Below, piece after piece: positions 28,785 to 36,075 of a stretch of 36,075 nucleotides of DNA (positions are counted from its first letter, which is position 1; every line of letters begins with the position of its first letter). The notes under the pieces were generated by a model. It had not been told where the DNA came from, searched no databases, and saw nothing but the letters and a program-made list of their open reading frames with translations. The DNA is from Actinomycetales bacterium (GTDB taxonomy: Bacteria > Actinomycetota > Actinomycetes > Actinomycetales > CAVURS01). The position numbers were made by a program, and so were the translations under genes. The stretch is from the NCBI GenBank assembly GCA_045807245.1, contig JBJMHS010000002.1, forward strand, positions 1 through 36,075. The letters are read 5' to 3'.

Positions 28785-29696
28785 GTGGGAGGGTCGGAGG
28801 CCGCGCGGCGGTTGCTGTTCGTCCACGCGCATCCCGACGACGAGACGCTCTGGACCGGGCCGACCATGGCTCGGTACGCCGCCGAGGGGGCCCACGTCAC
28901 CCTGGTCACCTGCACGTTGGGTGAGGAGGGAGAGGTGATCCCGCCAGGGCTGCGGCATCTCGCGTCGGACCGGGACGACGCGCTCGGCCCGTACCGGCGA
29001 GGTGAGCTGGAGGCGGCGATGGCTGCCCTGGGCGTCAGCGACCACCGCCTGCTCGCCGACGGCCGCTGGCGGGACTCCGGGATGGCGTGGGTCGAGCCCG
29101 GGGTCGCCGGGGCCGTTCCCGGCCCGGCCCACCCCGACGCGTTCGTCAGCGCGCCGACCGCCGCGGCCGCGGCCGAGCTCGCCGCGGTGATGCGCGACAT
29201 ACGGCCGCAGGTGGTGGTGACGTACGACCCGTACGGCGGGTACGGCCATCCGGATCACATCAAGACCCACGAAATCACCACTGCTGCAGTGAAACTGGTG
29301 GCCAGTGACACCAGGAACTCAGACGCTTTCCCTATGACAATGTACTGGGTGCGCCAGCCGCGGTCCTGGGCGGACGCCGAACTCGCCGCAGTCATGGACG
29401 ACAGCGTCCGCCCGGCCTCCATGCTCCCTCCGCCCGCCGACGCGCCGTACCCCAGCGTCGTCGTCGACGACGACGTGGTGACGACGGTCGTGGACGGGTC
29501 CGCCTACCTGGACCGGGTCCGAGCGGCCCTGCGCGCCCACGCCACGCAGGTCCGGGTCGAGGGCGACTGGGTTGCGCTGTCGAACGGCGAGGGCTTCCCG
29601 CTGTCCGGGTGCGACGCGTTCCAGCGGGTGGGTGCGCCGCGCGGTCTGACCTGGACCGGCGACCTGTTCTCGGTGACGGACGGTCACGGTCGATGA
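28785..29696 (+). CDS. mshB: GlcNAc-inositol deacetylase of mycothiol biosynthesis
   Basis: LLFVHAHPDDE, TCTLGEEGE, WRDSGM, VVTYDPYGGYGHPDH, ALRAHATQ, ALSN. Position near typA, fdxA and dapC fits mshB. Confidence 0.9.
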   Translation: MGGSEAARRLLFVHAHPDDETLWTGPTMARYAAEGAHVTLVTCTLGEEGEVIPPGLRHLASDRDDALGPYRRGELEAAMAALGVSDHRLLADGRWRDSGMAWVEPGVAGAVPGPAHPDAFVSAPTAAAAAELAAVMRDIRPQVVVTYDPYGGYGHPDHIKTHEITTAAVKLVASDTRNSDAFPMTMYWVRQPRSWADAELAAVMDDSVRPASMLPPPADAPYPSVVVDDDVVTTVVDGSAYLDRVRAALRAHATQVRVEGDWVALSNGEGFPLSGCDAFQRVGAPRGLTWTGDLFSVTDGHGR

Positions 29697-29782
29697 CGGC
29701 GTTTCCTCCAGCCGGGTAGGAACTGTCCGTGACGACGGCATACCGGTCGTCTGGAGGGCGGTTCTGGGTGAAAACTGCGGCT

Positions 29783-31774
29783 GTGAGCGCAGCCAGCGGG
29801 AGCACCGCACCAGCCCCGGACCGCATCTCGCTCGTGGGCGTCGACGTCGCCCGCAACCGGGAGCGGGTCCGACAGCGCCGCCTGCTGCGCGTGGCCGGCG
29901 CCCTCGGGCTCGTCGCGGCATTCCTGTGGGTCCGGCTGCTGGCCGGCGACCCCGTCGGGCGTCCGCACCTGCCGCACGTCGACCCACTCGTGGTCATGCC
30001 GCTCGTGTTCTTCGCCCTGCTCTCGGTGTTCCTGCTGGTCAGCACGGTCGGCATCGGCCGCTCGCCGCACGTGACCTACCGGCCGGAGCAGATCGAGGTC
30101 GGCCTGGACGACGTCGTCGGCATCGACGTGGTCAAGGAGGAGGTCGTACGGACCCTCCAGCTGTTCCTCGACCACCAGAGCTTCGCGGAGCGCATGGGCG
30201 GTCGGGCCCGGCGCGGCATCCTGTTCCAGGGCGGTCCGGGCACGGGCAAGACCTTGACCGCGAAGGCCATGGCCGCCGAGGCGGGCGTCCCCTTCCTGTT
30301 CGCGTCCGGCACGTCGTTCCACTCGTCGTACCAGGGTGCGACCCAGCGCAAGGTGCGCCGCTACTTCAAGGCGCTGCGCAAGATCGCGCGCAAGGAGGGT
30401 GGCGCGATCGGGTTCATCGACGAGTTCGACGGCATCGGTGGCGCCCGGGCCGGCATGGAGAGGTCGGTCAGCACGTCGTTGGCCGGCGTCGCCCAGTGCG
30501 GCGGACTGGACGGGCTGCCCGGAGGCGCCCGCCTTGCCGGGGGCACGACGACCCACGCGTTCAACGGTGGCGGCGACCTGCAGATGGCCGTCAACGAGCT
30601 GCTCGTGCAGATGCAGAGCTTCGACGAGCCGACCGGCGCCGCGCGCACGCTCGGCTGGCTGGTCGACAAGGTCAACCTGTTCCTGCCGCCGAGCCGGCAC
30701 CTGACCCGACCCAAGGTGGGAGTCCCGAACATCCTGCTCGTCGCGTCGACCAACCGGGCCGACGGGCTCGACCCCGCGCTGCTCCGCCCCGGCCGGTTCG
30801 ACCGTGCGTTGACGTTCGACCTGCCGTCCAAGGCGGGCCGGCGTCAGCTGGTCGACCACTTCCTGAAGCGCAAGGCGCACACACCGGAGCTGGCCGACGC
30901 CGAGCGCCGGGACGCGCTGGCCGCGATCACGACCGGGTACAGCCCGGCGATGATCGAGGGCCTGCTCGACGAGGCGCTGGTCAGCGCGGTGCGGCGTGGG
31001 GCCGACGCGATGGACTGGTCCGACATCGAGCACGCCCGGCTCGTGACCCAGATCGGCCTGGGCCAGCCGGTCGACTACACCGAGCACGAGCAGACCCTCA
31101 TCGCGACGCATGAGGCGGGTCACGCGACCGTGGCCTGGCTGGTCGCGCCACAGCGGCGGCTCGAGGTGCTGACCATCATCAAGCGAGCGAACTCGCTGGG
31201 ACTGCTGGCCCATGGCGACCGGGACGACGTGTTCACGCGCTCGCGCAGCGAGCTGCGGTGCCTGATCCAGATCGCCTTCGGTGGCCAGGTCGCCGAGGAG
31301 CTCTTCTTCGGCGACGTGTCCACGGGTCCGGGTGGTGACCTCCTGTACGCCACGCAGGTCGCGGCCCAGATGGTCGGGGCCTCGGGAATGGCCGACACTC
31401 TGGTTTCCTTTGCGGCAGTGGGCGGTTCGCCGTTCGGTGGCGACAACATGGTCGGGCGCGTCCTGGGCGACCAGCAGGGCCGGGAGCTGGTCGAGGACAC
31501 GCTGGGGCAGCAGAAGCAGCTCGTCCGCGGGCTGCTCGGTGCCAACCGGCATCTGGTCGAGGCCCTGCGCGACGCACTCATCGAACGGCACGAGCTCGTC
31601 GGCCACGAGATCACCGACGTCCTCGAGGCGGCCCGCGAGCGGCATCAGGTCGCGAGCACGCGCCCCGGCCGGGTGGGGCTGCAGCCCGAGGTGCCGGTCG
31701 CCGCCCCCGCGTCCTCGTCGGACTCGGCGTCGGTCATCGACCTCCGGGACGTCCGGGTGGAGCGGCCGACGTAG
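29783..31774 (+). CDS. FtsH-like membrane AAA+ ATPase / M41 zinc metalloprotease (atypical paralogue)
   Basis: Two N-terminal TM helices, Walker A GPGTGKT, Walker B FIDEFD, SRH STNRADGLDPALLRPGRFDR, HEAGH. Start uncertain (29729, 29768 or 29783). Confidence 0.88.
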   Translation: MSAASGSTAPAPDRISLVGVDVARNRERVRQRRLLRVAGALGLVAAFLWVRLLAGDPVGRPHLPHVDPLVVMPLVFFALLSVFLLVSTVGIGRSPHVTYRPEQIEVGLDDVVGIDVVKEEVVRTLQLFLDHQSFAERMGGRARRGILFQGGPGTGKTLTAKAMAAEAGVPFLFASGTSFHSSYQGATQRKVRRYFKALRKIARKEGGAIGFIDEFDGIGGARAGMERSVSTSLAGVAQCGGLDGLPGGARLAGGTTTHAFNGGGDLQMAVNELLVQMQSFDEPTGAARTLGWLVDKVNLFLPPSRHLTRPKVGVPNILLVASTNRADGLDPALLRPGRFDRALTFDLPSKAGRRQLVDHFLKRKAHTPELADAERRDALAAITTGYSPAMIEGLLDEALVSAVRRGADAMDWSDIEHARLVTQIGLGQPVDYTEHEQTLIATHEAGHATVAWLVAPQRRLEVLTIIKRANSLGLLAHGDRDDVFTRSRSELRCLIQIAFGGQVAEELFFGDVSTGPGGDLLYATQVAAQMVGASGMADTLVSFAAVGGSPFGGDNMVGRVLGDQQGRELVEDTLGQQKQLVRGLLGANRHLVEALRDALIERHELVGHEITDVLEAARERHQVASTRPGRVGLQPEVPVAAPASSSDSASVIDLRDVRVERPT

Positions 31775-31784
31775 GCTGACCGGC

Positions 31785-32279
31785 GTGACGCAACCGCCGG
31801 ACTCCTCGGCGTACCGGCGGGCAATGGGGAGGTTCGCGACTGGCGTCACCGTGGTGACTGCACGGGTCGATGCGATCGACCACGCGATGACGGCGAACGC
31901 GTTCACGTCGGTGTCGATCGACCCGATGCTGGTGCTCGTCTGTGTCGAGCTGGAGGCGCGCTTCCACGATGCCGTCATCGAGGCCGGCATGTGGGGCGTC
32001 AGCATCCTGGACGGGTCCGGGCGCGCGACGTCGGAGTGGCTGGCCAACCGGGGTCGGCCCCTGCACGGGCAGCTGGACCGGGTGCCACACCACTACGGCG
32101 AGGTGAGCGGAGCGGCGCTGCTCGACCACTCGCTGGCCACGATGGAGTGCCGCACCGTCGGGACCTACCCGGGCGGCGACCACACCATCGTGCTCGGTGA
32201 GGTCGTGGCGATCGGGACCCGGGACAGCGACGACGGTGGACTGATCCACTACCGCGGGCGCTACGACCGGATCCGGTAG
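31785..32279 (+). CDS. Flavin reductase family protein
   Basis: YRRAMGRFATGVTVVT, MTANAFTSVSIDP, GGDHTIVLGEV, LIHYRGRY. TAGGCT lies 7 nt before the GTG. Confidence 0.93.
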   Translation: MTQPPDSSAYRRAMGRFATGVTVVTARVDAIDHAMTANAFTSVSIDPMLVLVCVELEARFHDAVIEAGMWGVSILDGSGRATSEWLANRGRPLHGQLDRVPHHYGEVSGAALLDHSLATMECRTVGTYPGGDHTIVLGEVVAIGTRDSDDGGLIHYRGRYDRIR

Positions 32280-33313
32280 TGGTAGCCGCTGTGCGCGGTG
32301 TAGCCCAGGGCGTCGTACAGCGCCCGGCCGGGGACATTCGACCGGGCCACCTGCAGGTACGTCGCCTGGTCACCTCGGTCGGCCGCCCAGTCGTGCAACG
32401 CCGCCATGACCACGCGGCCGAGACCCTGCCGTCGGTGGTCCGCGGCCACCTCCACCGCACTGATGCCTGACCACCCCCGCGAGCTGGCCACCCGGCCGAC
32501 GGCGATGGTCCGGGCGGCTGGGCCGGCACCCGGGCGGCGCACCGTGACGAACGCCTGGGCCGGCGCCGACACCATCACCCGCGCGGCGACGGGCGGGAGG
32601 TCCTGCCCGCGGTACCGGTACAGCGCGAGGAACCCCTCGTCCGGCTCGTCCGCCACCACGACCTCCAGCCCCTCCCCGTTTGGGTACCCCTCGAAAGCCG
32701 CTCGGGAGGGCCGTTCCGGCCCGGCGGAGCGGCTTTCAGAGGGCAAAGCGGCTCTGGAGGGGTACCCAAGCAGGGGGCGGACCATGACGAGGGTCGGCGT
32801 GTCCAGGGCGTAGCCGCGGGCGTCCAGCTCGACGTCCAGCGGGTCCTGGCCGTCACCGGGCTCGCCCGGGCCCGCACCGAGCGGCCACGGGACGGCGAAC
32901 CGCGCCGGCAGCCCGCGGGCCGCGTACCACTGCTCGACGTGGTCCACCGCCCGGACCAGCGGCGCCGGCGGGTTGCCGAGCGGCAGGACCGAGTTGGCCC
33001 GGCCGGTGAACCCCTCGGCCGCACGGAGCCGCCACCCGCCGTACTCCTCCCGCTCCAGCGGCTGCCACCCGTCGGCCATGACGTCCTGCAGCTCGGTCAC
33101 GCTCAGCCGCCGGACCGGAGGTGGCGGCACCGGCTTGCCGAGGATGATGTCGGCCAGCGCAACGCTCACCTCGCCCTGCCGGGTCACAAGCCGGGCATAG
33201 CCGGACGGGCTGTCCCAGGCCACCAGGTCGCCGATCACGTCGGTGGCGCGGCCGTCCGCCAGCGCGTGCCGCAGGACGACGCGCTGCCCCACGTGGTGAG
33301 GACCGACCCGCAC
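32261..33313 (-). CDS. GNAT family acetyltransferase (tandem GNAT, actinobacterial type)
   Basis: VGQRVVLR...TDVIG, GWRLRAAEGFTGRANS, acetyl-CoA motif RRQGLG, YLQV...N..GRALYDALG. Divergent from fdxA. Confidence 0.9.
   Translation of the reverse strand: MRVGPHHVGQRVVLRHALADGRATDVIGDLVAWDSPSGYARLVTRQGEVSVALADIILGKPVPPPPVRRLSVTELQDVMADGWQPLEREEYGGWRLRAAEGFTGRANSVLPLGNPPAPLVRAVDHVEQWYAARGLPARFAVPWPLGAGPGEPGDGQDPLDVELDARGYALDTPTLVMVRPLLGYPSRAALPSESRSAGPERPSRAAFEGYPNGEGLEVVVADEPDEGFLALYRYRGQDLPPVAARVMVSAPAQAFVTVRRPGAGPAARTIAVGRVASSRGWSGISAVEVAADHRRQGLGRVVMAALHDWAADRGDQATYLQVARSNVPGRALYDALGYTAHSGYHYRIRS
32680..32769. repeat. 90-bp palindromic (REP/MITE-like) element inside the GNAT gene
   Basis: Terminal inverted repeats TTGGGTACCCCTCGAAAGCCGCT and AGCGGCTCTGGAGGGGTACCCAA (21/23 match), plus an internal partial copy AGCGGCTTTCAGAGGG. 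Confidence 0.8.
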
Positions 33314-33426
33314 GCTGCGATACTAGGTGGGAGCGGGTGCATCGCCCTGCCCCGCCAGCACCGCCAGCACCGACAGCATCGTCGGCAAACGTCGAGCACC
33401 GTCGGCAACACGAGAAGGAACGGCCC

Positions 33427-33753
33427 GTGACGTACGTGATCGCTCAGCCCTGCGTGGACCTCAAGGACCGGGCGTGCATCGAGGAATGTCCGGTCGACTG
33501 CATCTACGAGGGCGAACGCTCCCTCTACATCCACCCGGACGAGTGCGTGGACTGCGGCGCCTGCGAGCCGGTCTGCCCGGTCGAGGCCATCTACTACGAG
33601 GACGACGTGCCGGAGCAGTGGAAGGACTACTACAAGGCGAACGTCGAGTTCTTCGACGACCTCGGCAGCCCCGGCGGTGCCGCCAAGCTCGGCGTCATCC
33701 CCAAGGACCACCCGATCATCACGGCCCTGCCTCCGCAGGAGCACGACGAGTAG
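33427..33753 (+). CDS. fdxA: 7Fe-type ferredoxin
   Basis: TYVIAQPCVDLKDRACIEECPVDCIYEG...CVDCGACEPVCP. GAAGGAA RBS; directly upstream of dapC. Confidence 0.96.
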   Translation: MTYVIAQPCVDLKDRACIEECPVDCIYEGERSLYIHPDECVDCGACEPVCPVEAIYYEDDVPEQWKDYYKANVEFFDDLGSPGGAAKLGVIPKDHPIITALPPQEHDE

Positions 33754-33798
33754 TCCCGACGTCGTGGTCGGCCTGCCTCGCGTGGTTCCGTAGCTGCC

Positions 33799-34920
33799 GT
33801 GCGTTTCCAGCTGCCTGACTTCCCCTGGGACACCCTGGCGCCGTACGCGGCCAAGGCTCGGGCCCACGAGGGCGGCGTCGTCGACCTGTCGGTCGGTACG
33901 CCGGTCGACCCCACCCCGGCTGTGGTGCAGGAGGCGCTGGCCGCCGCGAGCGATGCCCCCGGCTACCCGCTGACGTACGGGACGGCCGACCTGCGCGAGG
34001 CCGTGTCCGCCTGGTTCGCGCGACGGCGCGGCGTTCCCGATGTGGACCCTCACGGCGTCCTGCCGACCATCGGGTCCAAGGAGCTCGTCGGGCTGCTGCC
34101 GACCCTGCTCGGCCTGGGGCCGGGCGACGTGGTGGTGCACCCGCAGGTGGCCTACCCGACGTACGACGTCGGCGCTCGGCTCGCCGGTGCCGAACCGGTC
34201 GCCGCGGACGGGACCGCGCAGCTCGGCCCGCTGGCCTCGCGCGTCCGGCTCCTCTGGCTGAACTCGCCGGGGAACCCGACCGGGCGCGTGCTCGGTGTGA
34301 ACCACCTGGCCAAGGTGGTGGCCTGGGCCCGCCAGCATGGCGTCGTCGTGGCCAGCGACGAATGCTACGCAGAGTTTGCCTGGGCTCCCCTCCTCGGTGC
34401 AGACAGCTCCCCGCCTCACGTCCCGAGCATCCTCGACCCCGCGGTCTGCCAGGGCAGCCACGACGGGCTCCTCGCGGTGTACTCGCTGTCGAAGCAGTCG
34501 AACCTGGCCGGGTATCGGGCGGCGTTCGCGGCCGGTGACGTCGCGCTGGTGCGCCGGCTGCTCGAGGTGCGCAAGCACGCCGGCCTCATCGTGCCGTGGC
34601 CGGTCCAGCGAGCCATGGTCGCCGCGCTGGGGGACGACGAACATGTTGCGGCCCAACGGAACCGGTACGCCGAGCGCCGCACGCTGCTCGGGGCTGCCCT
34701 GCGCGGTGCCGGGTTCGAGGTCGACCACTCGGAGGCCGGGCTCTACCTGTGGTGCACGCGCGGCGAGGACTGCTGGACGACGGTGGCGCGGCTGGCCGAC
34801 CGTGGGATCCTCGTCGCGCCCGGCGCCTTCTACGGTCCGGCCGGCGCGCGGCACGTCCGGGTCGCCCTGACGGCTACGGACGAACGGGTCGCGGCTGCGG
34901 TGACCCGGCTAGCGAGCTGA
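33799..34920 (+). CDS. dapC: N-succinyldiaminopimelate aminotransferase
   Basis: [48 protein letters not shown]. fdxA-dapC synteny. Confidence 0.95.
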   Translation: MRFQLPDFPWDTLAPYAAKARAHEGGVVDLSVGTPVDPTPAVVQEALAAASDAPGYPLTYGTADLREAVSAWFARRRGVPDVDPHGVLPTIGSKELVGLLPTLLGLGPGDVVVHPQVAYPTYDVGARLAGAEPVAADGTAQLGPLASRVRLLWLNSPGNPTGRVLGVNHLAKVVAWARQHGVVVASDECYAEFAWAPLLGADSSPPHVPSILDPAVCQGSHDGLLAVYSLSKQSNLAGYRAAFAAGDVALVRRLLEVRKHAGLIVPWPVQRAMVAALGDDEHVAAQRNRYAERRTLLGAALRGAGFEVDHSEAGLYLWCTRGEDCWTTVARLADRGILVAPGAFYGPAGARHVRVALTATDERVAAAVTRLAS

Positions 34921-35845
34921 GCGCGTCGGCGTCGAGCAGCTGGGTGCGCAGGTCGTTGCCGCCGGACGGCCCGGCCGCCTCGAAGTAGACCCGCAGCGTC
35001 CCCTCCGGCAGCACAACGACCGAGACGTAGCGCAGCGTGTGCTCGCCGTACGGCGACTGCGCGAGCGGCTCGCTCCCCACGGCCGTGAACGTGCCGGGCC
35101 GGTCCCCGCCGACCGCGAGACCCGTTCGCTCGTACCAGTTCTCGGCCGCGCCTGCCCGGCCGTCGTAGAAGGCCAAGGGCGCCGGCCGGCGGTCGCCGGC
35201 CGGCACGACCCCCGTGAGCCGGGCCCCGCGGCTGTCCCACAGCCCGGCCCGGGGGAGCAGCGCGTCGCCCTGCCAGGTCCAGTCCAGGCCGTCGGCACTC
35301 GTGGCGTAGCGGGTGGTCATGCGGTCGGCCTGGTCGGCATCGGGCAGCGGGTGGATGCAGACCCAGGCCTGCCACCCGTCCGGCGTGGCCAGGACCACCG
35401 GGTCCTTGGCGGCCGTGCGCTCGTCGCCTGGCCAGACGGTACGGCGCTCGCCACCGGCCAGGCCCTCGACGGTGTCCGCGTCGACCGCGTCGACCCGCCA
35501 GTGCAGTGTCCCCGGCGTGGCCAGGCTCAGGTAGACGCGCCACCCGCCGTCGGGACGCCGGACCAGAGCCGGCCGCTCGAGCGAGTCGACGCCGTACGCC
35601 TCGCTCGCCAAGGTGACCACCGGCGAGAAGCGCACGCCGTCCTCGGACCGGGCGATCACGTTCGCATAGCCGCGCCCCGCTCCCAGCGGCCGGCGCAGAC
35701 GGTAGGCCAGCCAGTAGGCACCGTCGCTGTGGACGGCGCTGGGAGCACCGGCCCAGTGACCGTTGCCCGGTGCGGGCGAGGGCACCACGACGTCGCTGTG
35801 CTCGACGGACGGGAGCGGTGTGGCGGACCGTGCGGCGTGGTTCAC
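34874..35845 (-). CDS. Hypothetical protein, probable glycoside-hydrolase-like beta-propeller
   Basis: [48 protein letters not shown] lies 6 nt before the GTG. Overlaps the dapC 3' end by 47 nt. Confidence 0.75.
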   Translation of the reverse strand: MNHAARSATPLPSVEHSDVVVPSPAPGNGHWAGAPSAVHSDGAYWLAYRLRRPLGAGRGYANVIARSEDGVRFSPVVTLASEAYGVDSLERPALVRRPDGGWRVYLSLATPGTLHWRVDAVDADTVEGLAGGERRTVWPGDERTAAKDPVVLATPDGWQAWVCIHPLPDADQADRMTTRYATSADGLDWTWQGDALLPRAGLWDSRGARLTGVVPAGDRRPAPLAFYDGRAGAAENWYERTGLAVGGDRPGTFTAVGSEPLAQSPYGEHTLRYVSVVVLPEGTLRVYFEAAGPSGGNDLRTQLLDADALSSLAGSPQPRPVRP

Positions 35846-36007
35846 GAGGTGACGGTACTGGCGCCGTTCAGCCCGTGTTCAGGAGCCGGACCACGTTGGG
35901 TGGAACGTGTGACTGGCGAGTAACGTCCTTAAGGACAGCGGCAAGGACAGCGGCGTGACGCTGAGCGACCGACCACCGGCTCACCACCCCAGAGCAGGGA
36001 GACCTAG

Positions 36008-36075
36008 ATGCCCGACGCACCCAACGCGGCGACGCTGACCTACGGCGACATCGACCTGTCGCTTCCGCGGATCTC
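36008..36075 (+). CDS. N-terminus of a CDS, probably citrate synthase (runs off the right end of the window)
   Basis: ATG after AGGGAG: MPDAPNAATLTYGDIDLSLPRI resembles actinobacterial citrate synthase starts, and that gene often follows dapC. Only 22 codons are visible. Confidence 0.5.
   Translation, partial: MPDAPNAATLTYGDIDLSLPRI

Noticed and set aside
28785..29696. Alternative call as mycothiol conjugate amidase (mca)
   Set aside because: Same deacetylase fold, but TLGEEGE, AHATQ and ALSN motifs and the typA/fdxA/dapC neighbourhood fit mshB better.

Overview
High-GC actinobacterial chromosomal segment; the genus cannot be fixed from sequence alone. Most of it is conserved backbone: pfkB-type kinase (partial), peroxiredoxin, glpX, DUF4245, xseB/xseA, ispH, rmuC, ychF, an OmpR-type two-component pair, typA, a bldK-like five-gene peptide ABC transporter, mshB, flavin reductase, GNAT, fdxA, dapC and probably the start of citrate synthase. 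An accessory block of about 8 kb follows the ychF stop codon. It holds an unannotated, frameshifted fragment of a type I restriction HsdR nuclease domain, a DUF3024 gene, and an XRE-HTH + HipA toxin-antitoxin pair with a palindromic operator; the HipA lacks the usual autophosphorylation Ser. It also holds a secreted Asp-box propeller protein, an EEP-family gene, DUF5990, a secreted Cys-containing orphan and a DUF222-HNH gene with an SOS-like box and lost zinc cysteines. Other oddities are a 90-bp palindromic element inserted in frame in the GNAT gene, an atypical FtsH-like protease, xseA and xseB split by an antisense MOSC gene, and a 12-bp tandem repeat between the response regulator and kinase genes. 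I saw no rRNA, tRNA, CRISPR array, integrase or transposase. The best candidate for an undescribed system is the ychF-anchored defence-like cluster (hsdR relic, DUF3024, HipB-like, HipA), but this is inference. Family calls come from motif recognition, not database searches.
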